DNA of 64,000 nt from Candidatus Moraniibacteriota bacterium (GCA_963743885.1 CAVURJ010000002.1:36721-100720), one strand, 5' to 3'; shown: positions 18,444 to 29,687, counted from the stretch's first letter. Notes: generated by a model not told the origin, from the letters alone. Numbers and translations are program-made.

Positions 18444-19857
18444 ACAGGTCCCCGCGTCGCCAAGGATGGAAAAGGAGGCTCTGAGCATCAGCGTAGCCGA
18501 ACTAGGCGATGTCGCCGCCGCTCGGCGCGTGCATGAGGCGTTTCAGAAGGCATTGGTTGCGGCTGATGTAGAGAAAGATTTCTCTATAAGTAGAGGAGGT
18601 TTAGAAGAGATGAAGGCGTATGGTGAACGCGTGGGCGTTTCCCAGGAGAATATCGAGAATCTTGGTCGGGAGATGGGCATCGAAGAGGATCTGGTAGAGG
18701 TCGATCGTGAGGAAATGGTCGTCAGGAACCGTTTTAAGAATCGGCTGCGCCGGTTGGCAGCGCAAGCAGCAGCCGTCATATCGCTCATGTCTCCGAATAT
18801 GTCCCGTGCGGACGAATATATCCAAGAGCCGACTACCTATAGCCAGCCGGCTGAGCCGATTGGACAATCTCAGACTGAAAAGGCATCTGGTGCGGACAGC
18901 GCGGTCCAGGCAGAAGCGGAAAAGCCGGATACTCGGGTCGTGCAGACCGCTGAGATGTCGGATGAGGAATGGGCTCAGTATGTCGCTCGTGAGGAGCAGT
19001 ACCAAGCCAGAGTCGCGTTTGAGAAGGAATTTCGCGAGCGTCAGTTTTCGAGCGAAGATGAAGTGCTGCAAGCTTTGCATGAAGCTGCATCGGGGCATGA
19101 GAATGAATTCCTGGCTGTTTATACGGTCGGGACAGGCGGACGTATCGAGGTTGCTTTCGGAGGGTTCGGCGAAACGGACAGTGTGGCTGGTCCAGATATC
19201 GTGAAACAGGCGCATGATTTGAGATCCGAAGGGAAGAAAATCGTATTTGCGCATACGCACCCTCTTGCGGTATCGAGACGGGCTGCTGCTGCGATGTCGA
19301 CCGAAGGTGCGTTCGAGCGCATGCCGCCGAGTCTTACTGATCTCAGATCCGCTTCTTTGTTTGATTGGCTGGACAGATATGATAATGCCGATAATCGGAA
19401 TGAAATCGACAAGCTGCTCAATGCGACTGAAGTGGTGGCCGTGGATTCTGAAGGCGTTTGGAGGTTTCGTGTTGATTTTTTTCATCCCTATTTTCAGGAG
19501 CAGCGCGAGGCGGCTATAGCGAGTGCTACGATGAAGCACGCACTGACTGGAACGGCAGATGTTTCTAACCTGAAGAAGGTTGAGACGTTTTATTCGCAGG
19601 TGGTCATACCGGACAGCATAGTCATGGAAAAGATGATGCGGACCGCGACGCAAGATCTCCGTGAAGACGGTGCTGCGTTGGCGATTGCGAGTATGACCGG
19701 CTCTATCGTATCCGGTGGCGGGTATGAGTTTACGAACGAACAGATGAAGGTTGGTACTGCTGTCACGCCAGAGAAGAAGACTTCTGCGACAGAGACTTTT
19801 ATAGGGTTTTGCAAAGAAAGAGGCATTGATATCTCCTTTACGCCTTTCAGCCATTAG
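18427..19857 (+). CDS. Hypothetical protein, 476 aa, with a possible degenerate JAB/MPN-like metal motif
   Basis: 'IVFAHTHPLAVS...PPSLTDL' resembles H[ST]HP...PSxxD of JAB/RadC-like domains but with atypical spacing. The antisense 417-aa ORF is Arg/Cys-rich and was rejected. Confidence 0.55.
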   Translation: MAKNPEQVPASPRMEKEALSISVAELGDVAAARRVHEAFQKALVAADVEKDFSISRGGLEEMKAYGERVGVSQENIENLGREMGIEEDLVEVDREEMVVRNRFKNRLRRLAAQAAAVISLMSPNMSRADEYIQEPTTYSQPAEPIGQSQTEKASGADSAVQAEAEKPDTRVVQTAEMSDEEWAQYVAREEQYQARVAFEKEFRERQFSSEDEVLQALHEAASGHENEFLAVYTVGTGGRIEVAFGGFGETDSVAGPDIVKQAHDLRSEGKKIVFAHTHPLAVSRRAAAAMSTEGAFERMPPSLTDLRSASLFDWLDRYDNADNRNEIDKLLNATEVVAVDSEGVWRFRVDFFHPYFQEQREAAIASATMKHALTGTADVSNLKKVETFYSQVVIPDSIVMEKMMRTATQDLREDGAALAIASMTGSIVSGGGYEFTNEQMKVGTAVTPEKKTSATETFIGFCKERGIDISFTPFSH

Positions 19858-19925
19858 GTATCTAGTATCTTGTATTATGTATGGGGGATTTCATACATGA
19901 TACATAATACAGTATACGTAATACG

Positions 19926-21053
19926 ATGCTAGACATTCACGCCCATCTGTACTGGGAGAGCTATGACGCTGATCGCGATGAGATGATCCGGCGCGCTTTC
20001 GACGCGGGTATTGAAAAAATGATCTGCGTGGGGACGGAGCCCGAGGATAATCCGCGCGCCATAGAGGTTGCCGAGAGGTATGAGGGTGTGTATGCTTCCG
20101 TAGGGATACACCCCAGCTTTTTGGATGAGATTGAAAAAGAAGTAGATAGTATATCGAATATCGTATATCGGGACGGATCCGGCATACGACATACGGCATA
20201 CGACATACGGCCGGAGATAATGGAGCGGATCCTGGTGCAGGTAGACAACCTTAAGAGAGTAGCGCAATCTTCGGACAAAGTCATAGCGATCGGAGAGTGC
20301 GGACTGGATTATTATGTGCGCAACGAACAGTCAACAGTTAACAGTGAACAGGGAACAGAAAACAGCGAACAGGGAGTAAAAGAAACAGCGGACGCACCGC
20401 TCAAAAGCGGAACGACCGTTGTTTCTGAAAAACAGAAAGCGATACAGAAAGAGGGGTTTCTGGCGCAGATGGAGGTTGCTCGTGAGCTTGGTGTACCGCT
20501 CATCATCCATACCAGGCCCTCCGCCGGCACTATGGATGCCTACGAGGATCTGTTTCAGATCCTGACTCACAACTTACAACAGACAACGAACAACTCTCCC
20601 ACCCCTCAGTCTCGCGGACTCGACAGCTCCCCTCGGGCAGAGGAGCAGGAACCACAAGCTAACGAATCCGCTAAAAATCACTTATCACTTATCTCTCATC
20701 CCTTATCTTTTGCTATCCTGCACTGCTATCAGGGCGATACCGAAATCACGAAGAAATTTCTCGAATTGCCGAATGTCTATTTCTCATTCGCGGGGAGCAT
20801 CACCTATTCAGTGAAGAAGGCTTTGGTTGGGACGAAAGACGATCCGTCGGAAGTCGTGAAGCTTGTGCCGCTTTCGCGGTTGTTCGTTGAGACTGATGCG
20901 CCGTTTCTGGCCCCGGTGCCGCATCGCGGGGAGCGTAATGAGCCGGCCTATGCCATCGCGACTGCTGAGAAGGTCTGTGAGTTGAAGGGGTGCAGCCGAG
21001 AAGAGCTTGATCAAGCGCTCCGGACGAGCTTTGAGCATGTATTTGACAAATGA
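19926..21053 (+). CDS. tatD: TatD-family metal-dependent nuclease/hydrolase, with low-complexity insertions
   Basis: N-terminal 'MLDIHAHLYWESYD...GIEKMICVGT...YASVGIHP' and C-terminal 'FVETDAPFLAPVPHRGERNEPAYA' TatD signatures. 375 aa against ~255 typical. Insertions at nt ~20170-20215, 20320-20380 and 20570-20700. Confidence 0.8.
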   Translation: MLDIHAHLYWESYDADRDEMIRRAFDAGIEKMICVGTEPEDNPRAIEVAERYEGVYASVGIHPSFLDEIEKEVDSISNIVYRDGSGIRHTAYDIRPEIMERILVQVDNLKRVAQSSDKVIAIGECGLDYYVRNEQSTVNSEQGTENSEQGVKETADAPLKSGTTVVSEKQKAIQKEGFLAQMEVARELGVPLIIHTRPSAGTMDAYEDLFQILTHNLQQTTNNSPTPQSRGLDSSPRAEEQEPQANESAKNHLSLISHPLSFAILHCYQGDTEITKKFLELPNVYFSFAGSITYSVKKALVGTKDDPSEVVKLVPLSRLFVETDAPFLAPVPHRGERNEPAYAIATAEKVCELKGCSREELDQALRTSFEHVFDK

Positions 21054-21071
21054 CTAAAAAAGTGATATACT
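21043..21071 (+). promoter_or_regulatory. Promoter TTGACA-17-TATACT
   Basis: TTGACA 21043-21048, 17-nt spacer, TATACT 21066-21071. Overlaps the tatD stop, upstream of the 21104 gene. Confidence 0.55.
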
Positions 21072-21103
21072 AGTATTTGAATAACTCTTAGCAGCGTATT
21101 CTT

Positions 21104-21541
21104 ATGGACATGCTTGAGAAGGCGTTTGGATCTGTTGGAGTCGGACGGAGCAAGGGAAAAGCGAGTGAAGGAGCGTTTCGTGGCGTAGAGCCGGCTCAGC
21201 CGATTGCGGATGAAAAAGAGCTGAAATTAGGCGATGTTCCAGGGCGCGCGCTTGATGCTACCCGAGCGGAACAGGTCTATACCGATGCTGCTTCCAATAT
21301 GGAATCAGCCATCGAGCGTACTGCCAAGCAGGCGAAGCTTCGTGATGAGATCGCGTTTCTTGAGTCTGAATTGAAGCGGTACGCTGCCAGTTTGGAGCGT
21401 CTTGAGGCGCAACGCAAGCAAGAAAAGGATCTCATGAAAAAGCTTTCTTTGGCGAAACAGATGGATGATCTGCCGAAAGCCATAGAATTTGCAACAGCAG
21501 AAAAGGCAGCGCTTGAAAAGGAATTACAAACTCTCGAGTAG
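21104..21541 (+). CDS. Hypothetical coiled-coil protein, 145 aa
   Basis: ORF preceded by the promoter above. Heptad-rich 'LESELKRYAASLERLEAQRKQEKDLMKK'. Confidence 0.5.
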   Translation: MDMLEKAFGSVGVGRSKGKASEGAFRGVEPAQPIADEKELKLGDVPGRALDATRAEQVYTDAASNMESAIERTAKQAKLRDEIAFLESELKRYAASLERLEAQRKQEKDLMKKLSLAKQMDDLPKAIEFATAEKAALEKELQTLE

Positions 21542-21640
21542 AGGGTTCTTGACAATTCGTGTGCGTGTTGTATGCTGAGCAGTCGGAAAATCCGGCTGCT
21601 TTTGTTCTTTGAGTCCGCTGTCTTTGAAAGGGGGTGGGAT

Positions 21641-22093
21641 ATGATACCGCCGTTGTGGAGGTGTGCATTGATTCCGAATTTGCGCACATTGGGGGTTCTT
21701 CCGGAGAGGTCGGATCCTCTGATAGTGCCGCCTTGTCCGGATGGCGTTGTCGAACGGTTGTCTGACAGGAGGTGCGATACCCAGGCTCGCTGGTTGCGGG
21801 AATCCCTTGAAGATCCAGACGTGGCGTTCATGCTTTTGGCGTATCGGTACAGCCGATGTGACGGGCATGACTCGAAATACGTTGCATACGAATGCAAAGG
21901 GGTTCAGTACGGGATTGATGATCTCGGGGCATTCAAAATGATCGATGGCACCCGCCATGCTATCAGTCCCGAAGAGCTTTTCTCGGATGCGTCTGAAGCA
22001 TTCGGACTGTGGGAGAGGTTCGAGTCGCATATCGAAGGCGTTACCTACAGGTTTATCGATGAGCGTGACGGAACCGCCTTTTTCGAATCATGA
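21641..22093 (+). CDS. Hypothetical protein, ~150 aa
   Basis: Start moved to ATG 21641 ('MIPPLWRC') behind a GGGGGTGG purine tract. The plus frame is more protein-like than the two overlapping minus-strand ORFs. Confidence 0.4.
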   Translation: MIPPLWRCALIPNLRTLGVLPERSDPLIVPPCPDGVVERLSDRRCDTQARWLRESLEDPDVAFMLLAYRYSRCDGHDSKYVAYECKGVQYGIDDLGAFKMIDGTRHAISPEELFSDASEAFGLWERFESHIEGVTYRFIDERDGTAFFES

Positions 22094-22163
22094 GGCGTTC
22101 ATCGGTACGAAGGACGAACCAGATGGGACATGATCCCGTCTGGTATTTTTTTGGACCGATAAA

Positions 22164-22192
22164 TTGACGTCTTTTGGTTTCACTGATAGAAT
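22164..22192 (+). promoter_or_regulatory. atp operon promoter TTGACG-17-TAGAAT
   Basis: -35 22164-22169, 17-nt spacer, -10 22187-22192. About 135 nt upstream of atpB. Confidence 0.55.
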
Positions 22193-22327
22193 AGAAGCGC
22201 TTTTTTGTTCTGAGAAAGGCGTTTTTCTTTTAGTCCAAACTTACTAAACCCCTCCTCTGTCCTCCCCTTGGACCCGCTTCGACGGAGCGAAAGCGAGGTG
22301 AGAAGGGGAGGAGGAAAGAATGCGGAA

Positions 22328-23083
22328 ATGGAAATATCAATCGCAGCGGAAAAATTGTTCGGCATAGGGAGTTTTCCAGTGACCAACGCGTTCATGATCG
22401 GTGTGATTGTGAGCTTGGGATTGGTGTTTGTCACGCAGGTCGTTGTCCGGAAGAAGACGCTTGTGCCGCGTGGGATGCAGAATGTCTTTGAGCTTCTCTT
22501 CGAGGGCGTCCTCTCATTCATCGAGAGCGTGACCCAGGATAAGAAGCAGGCGAGAAGCTTCTTTCCGCTCATCATGACGATCTTCCTCTTCGTACTGTTT
22601 TCCAACTGGATCGGGCTTCTGCCAGGGATGGGCACGATCGGTCTCGTGCATCATACCGCAGAGGGCCATGCGACTATCATTCCGTTCCTTCGCAGCACAT
22701 CGGCCGATCTCAACTTCACCATGGCGCTCTCGCTCATGGTCGTGCTTACGACACAGTTTACCGGCATCGCCGCGCTCGGTATCGTGAAGTACGCCAAGAA
22801 GTTCCTCGTGAGCCCGTTCCATAAGCCGTACGTGCTCGGCACGTTCGTGGGACTGCTCGAGCTCGTGTCGGAGTTCGCCAAGTTTCTTTCGTTCTCTTTC
22901 CGGTTGTTCGGCAATGTGTTCGCGGGTGAGATCCTACTTACCGTCATGCTCCATCTCGTGCCGTATTTCGTACCGTTGCCGTTCCTTTTCCTTGAGATCT
23001 TCGTGGGGTTCATCCAGGCAGCGGTGTTCGCTATGCTGACTCTGGTGTTCATGAAGATGGCGACGATGCCCGCCGAACATTGA
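22328..23083 (+). CDS. atpB: F0F1 ATP synthase subunit a
   Basis: 'LFSNWIGLLPG' and 'FRLFGNVFAGEILL' with the essential Arg. Multi-TM. Start chosen at in-frame ATG 22328 after AGGAGG. Confidence 0.85.
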   Translation: MEISIAAEKLFGIGSFPVTNAFMIGVIVSLGLVFVTQVVVRKKTLVPRGMQNVFELLFEGVLSFIESVTQDKKQARSFFPLIMTIFLFVLFSNWIGLLPGMGTIGLVHHTAEGHATIIPFLRSTSADLNFTMALSLMVVLTTQFTGIAALGIVKYAKKFLVSPFHKPYVLGTFVGLLELVSEFAKFLSFSFRLFGNVFAGEILLTVMLHLVPYFVPLPFLFLEIFVGFIQAAVFAMLTLVFMKMATMPAEH

Positions 23084-23095
23084 TTCAGTTTTTCT

Positions 23096-23166
23096 GTTTA
23101 CGGGTTAACGGGCTAACGAGTTAGAAGGTCTATGAACGCGTTAACTCGCAAACTCGTTAACTGGAT
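23096..23166. repeat. GTTAACG-module palindromic repeat (atpB|atpE junction)
   Basis: cgGGTTAACGggctaacgagtt ... aacgCGTTAACtcgcaaactcGTTAACtgg. Left and right halves are reverse complements (aacgagtt/aactcgtt). Confidence 0.6.
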
Positions 23167-23242
23167 AACTGGATTTGGTGGACAGATACGGAAAATCGCT
23201 CTATAATGGTCAAATGTTAGTAAATTAATCAGTTTTAATTAA

Positions 23243-23476
<234 letters not shown>

Positions 23477-23477
23477 T

Positions 23478-23966
23478 ATGGAAGCGCTTGCGAACCTCGG
23501 TATCGATGGCAAGCTGTTCTTGGCTCAGGCAGTCAATTTCCTGATCCTCCTGTTCATTCTGCGCCGTTATGCGTACAAGCCGATGCTCGAGTTTCTCGAG
23601 AAGCGGACGGAGCGTATCGACAAGGGACTTCGGGACGCCGAGGCGGCCCAGGTGAAACTCTCCGAGATGGAAGAGAAGGAGAAGGAAGTATTGAAAGCGG
23701 CTCGCAATGAGGCCAAGACGATGGTGGCTGCCGCTGAAGAATCCGCCAAGAAGCGCGATGCAGAACGATTGGCTGAGACTGAGGCACGTGTGAAGAAGCT
23801 TCTCTTCGATGCTGAGGCGAAGATCGCTGAGGATCGGACGAAGATGCTCGATCAGGCTAAGAGTGAACTTGCAGAGACGGTCGTGCTCGCTGTCGAGAAA
23901 GTCCTTCGTGAGAAAGTAGACATGGCGAAGGAGAGGGAGATGATAGAGAAGACACTGAAGGGGTAA
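23478..23966 (+). CDS. atpF: F0F1 ATP synthase subunit b
   Basis: N-terminal TM followed by a long charged helix. Position between atpE and atpH. Confidence 0.8.
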   Translation: MEALANLGIDGKLFLAQAVNFLILLFILRRYAYKPMLEFLEKRTERIDKGLRDAEAAQVKLSEMEEKEKEVLKAARNEAKTMVAAAEESAKKRDAERLAETEARVKKLLFDAEAKIAEDRTKMLDQAKSELAETVVLAVEKVLREKVDMAKEREMIEKTLKG

Positions 23967-24107
23967 ATTCAAAATTCAAAATTCAAAATTACAAGCTCCA
24001 AATAAATCACAAATTCTAATTTCAAAACCCAGAACAATATAAGTTACATTTGGATTTTGAGTATTGGAATTTATTTGGAAATTGAGATTTTGGATTTGAG
24101 ATTTCAG
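23966..24107. repeat. Interspersed inverted-repeat element, copy C
   Basis: AAATTCAAAATTCAAAATTCAAAATTACAAGCTCCAAATAAATC ... GAATTTATTTGGAAATTGAGATTTTGGATTTGAGATTTCAG, between atpF and atpH. Confidence 0.8.
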
Positions 24108-24125
24108 TCAACTTTCTGAAGAATT

Positions 24126-24527
24126 ATGAGGCTTTCCATAAGACAATATGCGTTGGCGCTCCTCGATATCGAGCAGGGGATGAGTGCTGATGAGGCGAAG
24201 GGAGCCGGAGAGCGATTTGCTCTCTGGCTTTCGCGCCGTGGAGAAGGACGGAAGCTTGCGAAGATCGTAGCGGAAGCGGAAACGATCGCTCGGGATCGGA
24301 GCAATAAGACGGAGGTCGCGATCACGACGGCATTCGAAGCTGATCAGGAGACGAGGGGGATCCTCACGGGATATGCGGAGAAGTTGTTTCCTGGTAAGCA
24401 TATCGAAGCTGAGTTCCGATCCGATCGGGATATCATTGGTGGTATGACGATACGGAGCAGCGAGACGCTGTATGACGGATCGCTCGCCGCCTCGGTGAAA
24501 AAGCTGCGCACAAGTCTCATGAGGTGA
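24126..24527 (+). CDS. atpH: F0F1 ATP synthase subunit delta (short form)
   Basis: OSCP-like C-terminal 'IGGMTIRSSETLYDGSLAASVKKL'. 133 aa. Operon position. Confidence 0.7.
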   Translation: MRLSIRQYALALLDIEQGMSADEAKGAGERFALWLSRRGEGRKLAKIVAEAETIARDRSNKTEVAITTAFEADQETRGILTGYAEKLFPGKHIEAEFRSDRDIIGGMTIRSSETLYDGSLAASVKKLRTSLMR

Positions 24528-24650
24528 TTTAAGATTTTGGATTTAGGATTTAGGAATAGGATCGTCCAAGCCTCCATTCTTGAATCATAAATCTTAAATC
24601 GTGAATCAGATTCTAAATTCTAAATTCTAGATTCTAAATTCAATCGTATG
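24527..24650. repeat. AT-rich heptad tandem-repeat tract (ATTCTAA/ATTCTAG units)
   Basis: gattctaaattctaaattctagattctaaattc plus ggatttaggatttagga. 7-bp period. Lies in the atpH|atpA gap. Confidence 0.6.
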
Positions 24651-26147
24651 TCAAACCCGCTCATCGAAGAACTGAAGAAGCATATATCGGATTTCCATCA
24701 TGCGCCGAAGGCAGAGGCGGTCGGTACCGTGCTCGAAGTCGGTGATGGCGTCGCACGCGTCGCGGGACTTTCCGAGGTTATGGCTTCGGAAATGGTTGAG
24801 TTTGAGAATGGTGTCATGGGTGTAGCCCTCAACCTTGAAGAGGGTGAGGCAGGCGTGATGCTTCTCGGCGAGACAGGCGACCTGCATGAGGGATCGACTG
24901 CCAAGAGCACCGGGAAGATTCTTTCGGTGCCGGTCGGCGATGATATCATCGGCCGTGTGCTCAATGCTCTCGGTCAGCCGATTGACGGTAAGGGCGATAT
25001 CAAGGAAAAGGCTTTCTACCCGGTAGAGAAGATCGCCCCGGGCGTCATCACTCGTCAGGGTGTCAACCAGCCGCTCCAGACCGGTATCAAAGCGATTGAT
25101 GCGCTTATCCCGGTTGGCCGCGGCCAGCGTGAGCTCATCATCGGTGATCGCCAGACTGGCAAGACCGCTGTGGCTATCGATACGATCCTCAACCAGAAGG
25201 GCCAGGATGTCATCTGTATCTATGTCGCTATCGGCCAGAAGGAATCCAAGGTCGCTCGCATCGTCGCTGAACTGACCAAGGGCGGCGCGATGGAGTATAC
25301 GACGGTTGTGGTCGCTGGCGCTTCGGATCCGTCCGCGCTTTCGTTCATCGCTCCGTATGCCGGCTGCGCGCTCGGCGAGTATTTCATGGACCAGGGCAAG
25401 GATGTGCTCGTCATTTACGATGATCTGTCCAAGCATGCGGTCGCGTATCGTCAGATCTCGCTCATTCTCCGTCGTCCGCCGGGACGCGAAGCCTACCCGG
25501 GCGACGTGTTCTATGTACACTCCCGTCTCCTGGAGCGGAGCGCCAAGCTGAACAAGGATTTCGGCGGTGGATCGATCACGGCGCTTCCGATCATCGAGAC
25601 GCAGGCAGGTGATGTGTCGGCCTATATCCCGACCAACGTCATCTCCATCACTGACGGTCAGATCTATCTTGAATCAGACCTGTTCTACAAGGGTATCCGC
25701 CCGGCACTCAACGTCGGTCTTTCGGTTTCCCGCGTGGGTTCGGCTGCACAGATCAAGGCAATGAAGCAGGTGGCGGGTACACTCCGTCTCGATCTCGCTC
25801 AGTTCCGTGAGCTCGAAGCGTTCGCTCAGTTCGGATCGGACCTTGATGAGAAGACCCGTACGCAGATCGAGCGCGGACGACGCGCGACTGAAGTGCTCAA
25901 GCAGCCTCAGTACCAGCCGCTGTCGGTCGAGAAGGAAGTCTGTGTGCTCTACGCGCTTACTCGCGGGCATCTTGATGATGTGAAGGTTGAGGAGATCGGC
26001 CGATTCGAGCGCGAGTTCCTCTCGTATCTTGAGCATGATGGCAAGGAAGTCCTCGATGCGATCGTGAAAGAGAAAGCGTTGACTCCGGAAGTCGAGGAAA
26101 TGATGAAGAAGCATATTGAGGCGTTCAAGAAGAGCTTCGCAGTTTGA
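24648..26147 (+). CDS. atpA: F0F1 ATP synthase subunit alpha
   Basis: Walker A '[15 protein letters not shown]' with alpha-specific flanks. 499 aa. Confidence 0.9.
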   Translation: MSNPLIEELKKHISDFHHAPKAEAVGTVLEVGDGVARVAGLSEVMASEMVEFENGVMGVALNLEEGEAGVMLLGETGDLHEGSTAKSTGKILSVPVGDDIIGRVLNALGQPIDGKGDIKEKAFYPVEKIAPGVITRQGVNQPLQTGIKAIDALIPVGRGQRELIIGDRQTGKTAVAIDTILNQKGQDVICIYVAIGQKESKVARIVAELTKGGAMEYTTVVVAGASDPSALSFIAPYAGCALGEYFMDQGKDVLVIYDDLSKHAVAYRQISLILRRPPGREAYPGDVFYVHSRLLERSAKLNKDFGGGSITALPIIETQAGDVSAYIPTNVISITDGQIYLESDLFYKGIRPALNVGLSVSRVGSAAQIKAMKQVAGTLRLDLAQFRELEAFAQFGSDLDEKTRTQIERGRRATEVLKQPQYQPLSVEKEVCVLYALTRGHLDDVKVEEIGRFEREFLSYLEHDGKEVLDAIVKEKALTPEVEEMMKKHIEAFKKSFAV

Positions 26148-26149
26148 TT

Positions 26150-26214
26150 ATTAACGGGTTAACGCGTTAACGAGTTGTATTTCTAACACGTTAACTCGCA
26201 AAACTCGTTAACTG
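26150..26214. repeat. GTTAACG-module palindromic repeat (atpA|atpG junction)
   Basis: attaacgGGTTAACGCGTTAACGAGTTg ... cacGTTAACtcgcaaaactcGTTAACtgg. Confidence 0.6.
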
Positions 26215-26229
26215 GAGAATAAGAAACTC

Positions 26230-27150
26230 ATGGCATCTGCACGAGACATCCGAAGGCGCATCAAAGGCGTGAAATCCACGGGTAAGATCACCCGAGCCAT
26301 GGAGATGATTTCGGCTGTCAAAATGCGCAAGGCAGTGCAGGCAGTACTGGCTATCCGTCCGTATGCGGAGAGTGCTATCGAGCTTTTGAAGCGGCTCAAG
26401 GTCGCTGTCGGAAGCGAGAAGCACCCGCTTCTTACGGTGCGGCCGATCAAGAAAGAGCTCTATGTGATCATCACTTCGAATCGTGGATTGTGCGGAGCGT
26501 TCAATGCACAGATTGCGAAGAAAGTGCGCCAGGCGCTCAAAGAAGATGCGGATCGCGAGAAATGTTTCATCACGATCGGTAAGAAGGGGGATGCGTCGGT
26601 CCGCCGATCAGGTGGCGATATCATCGCGTCGTTTCCGGATGTACTCGGAGCACCGAATGCTGAGACGATGCGTCCTATCGCGCGTGTCATCATGGATGAA
26701 TTCGCTTCAGGCCGCGTAGACCGTGTCGTCATGATCTATACCGACTATGTATCCGTGATGCTCCAGCAGGTGAAGGTGCGCGCGCTGCTTCCGGTCAGGC
26801 TCGAAGATACGCAGAAGGCGATGCATGAAATGCAACCAACGACTGACGACGGACGACTGATGACAGAAGAGGGGAAGGGGAAGATTCCGGCGGAGTATGC
26901 GATTGAACCGTCGCCCGCGACCGTGCTCGACCGGATGGTGCCGCGACTCATCGAGATGGAGCTCTATCATGCGATACTCGAGAGCAATGCATCCCAGGAA
27001 GCAGCCCGTATGATGGCGATGCGTAATGCGACCGATGCTGCCAAGGAGATGTCTGCTGATTTGACGCTCGCCTACAACCAGCTCCGCCAGCAGAAGATCA
27101 CGCAAGAGATCGCCGAGCTGTCGGCAGGTATGGCAGCTGTCTCGCGTTAG
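26230..27150 (+). CDS. atpG: F0F1 ATP synthase subunit gamma
   Basis: 'IRRRIKGVKSTGKITRAMEMISAVKMRKA' N-terminus and conserved C-terminal helix 'ITQEIAELSAG'. Confidence 0.85.
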   Translation: MASARDIRRRIKGVKSTGKITRAMEMISAVKMRKAVQAVLAIRPYAESAIELLKRLKVAVGSEKHPLLTVRPIKKELYVIITSNRGLCGAFNAQIAKKVRQALKEDADREKCFITIGKKGDASVRRSGGDIIASFPDVLGAPNAETMRPIARVIMDEFASGRVDRVVMIYTDYVSVMLQQVKVRALLPVRLEDTQKAMHEMQPTTDDGRLMTEEGKGKIPAEYAIEPSPATVLDRMVPRLIEMELYHAILESNASQEAARMMAMRNATDAAKEMSADLTLAYNQLRQQKITQEIAELSAGMAAVSR

Positions 27151-27220
27151 CGAGACCCTGAGCGAAGTCTGCGGAGTCGAAGGGTGATGGTGTTACAATA
27201 GGATTTCAGACTACAGTATC

Positions 27221-27745
27221 ATGAAGAAGACAGCAAAAAATCTGGTAGTGATTCCGAGTGAGCGCATCATCAAGCGTATTTTCTGGCTGCGTGATGAGAA
27301 GGTAATGCTGGATTCTGATTTGGCAGAAATGTATGAGGTAGAAACGAAAGTTTTCAATCAGGCCGTGAAACGCAATATCGATCGATTCCCGAAAGACTTT
27401 ATGTTTCAGCTTACCGTGCAAGAGTATTCAATCTTGAAGTCACAAATTGTGACCTCAAGTTGGGGAGGAAAAAGAAAACTCCCATATGCTTTTACTGAGC
27501 CGGGTGTGGCGATGCTTTCGAGCGTACTCAAGAGCAAGCGGGCAGTTGCAGTGAATATCCAGATTATCCGGACATTTGTCGAGCTGAGAAAGATGCTCGT
27601 AACACATGAGGCGCTTAGGAAGAAGATCGAAGCAATGGAGCAGAAATATGACAAGCGGTTCAGAGCGGTATTTGATGTATTGCGTCAGCTCCTGAAGGAA
27701 GAGACGGAGCCGAAGAAGAAGATAGGGTTTGCTGCGAAGAAGTGA
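27221..27745 (+). CDS. ORF6N-domain protein (KilA-N-related DNA-binding family), inserted in the atp operon
   Basis: 'EKVMLDSDLAEMYEVETKVFNQAVKRNIDRFPKDFMFQLT...SQIVTSSWGGKRKLPYAFTEPGVAMLSSVLKS' matches the ORF6N domain pattern. No good SD. Confidence 0.65.
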   Translation: MKKTAKNLVVIPSERIIKRIFWLRDEKVMLDSDLAEMYEVETKVFNQAVKRNIDRFPKDFMFQLTVQEYSILKSQIVTSSWGGKRKLPYAFTEPGVAMLSSVLKSKRAVAVNIQIIRTFVELRKMLVTHEALRKKIEAMEQKYDKRFRAVFDVLRQLLKEETEPKKKIGFAAKK

Positions 27746-27830
27746 AGCTGGAATTTTGAATCTGGAATCTTGGAGTTCAAAACCAAAATTCTAGATTCTA
27801 AATTCGAGATTCGGATTTAGGAAGTTGTTT
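27745..27830. repeat. AT-rich heptad tandem-repeat tract
   Basis: ggaattttgaatctggaatcttgg...aattctagattctaaattcgagattcggatttagg. 7-bp period, same unit family as 24527-24650. Confidence 0.55.
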
Positions 27831-27835
27831 GGAAA

Positions 27836-27878
27836 AAAGAAAAGCCCCGGCGCGGTTGCGACAGGGCAGGTGTTCGGA
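27836..27878 (-). terminator. Terminator module AAAAAAGAAAAGCCCCGGCGCGGTTG... (minus-strand orientation)
   Basis: On minus: GC-rich hairpin followed by TTTTCTTTTTT. A near-identical ~30-bp module recurs at 34205-34240. Confidence 0.5.
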
Positions 27879-27889
27879 TGATGAAGGCC

Positions 27890-28120
27890 TCAGTCGATGA
27901 CAATCACGAGATCGTTCGGCTTGATAATGCAGAAACCTCCTGTGCCACGAAGATACCCTGCATTGTAGCCGTCGTCATCGGTGGTGAGTTTCTGAAGGAG
28001 CGGGACGACCCCACCTCGCTCGAGATCTGCGATGCAGATGAACTTGGTATGGGAAGGAACCTCAGAAAAACGATGAGCCCTTCTGAAGGTAACTACGAGG
28101 TTGAAGTTAGTGAGTGGCAT
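27890..28120 (-). CDS. Hypothetical small protein, 76 aa (orphan, divergent from the operon)
   Basis: AGGAG 9 nt upstream of the ATG on minus. Shared terminator module downstream. No recognisable family. Confidence 0.45.
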   Translation of the reverse strand: MPLTNFNLVVTFRRAHRFSEVPSHTKFICIADLERGGVVPLLQKLTTDDDGYNAGYLRGTGGFCIIKPNDLVIVID

Positions 28121-28264
28121 GCTCGGCTCCTATATGCGTCTTGGGTTGGTAAGAGTGCGACTGCTCATACTGGTATAAAAACGAAAAAAAGTCAATCCCA
28201 GTTACATGCGGATATGTAACGGGACAAGTATCTCATAACGTAATTAATCAAGATTTTTCCTTAA

Positions 28265-29665
<1,401 letters not shown>

Positions 29666-29687
29666 TTACTGTTGTTTGGTTAACGAG

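Noticed and set aside
22094-22327. An atpI/atpZ-like small gene upstream of atpB
   Set aside because: The ~135-nt space between promoter and atpB contains no ORF of plausible size; the pyrimidine-rich tract is better explained as an anti-SD hairpin arm.
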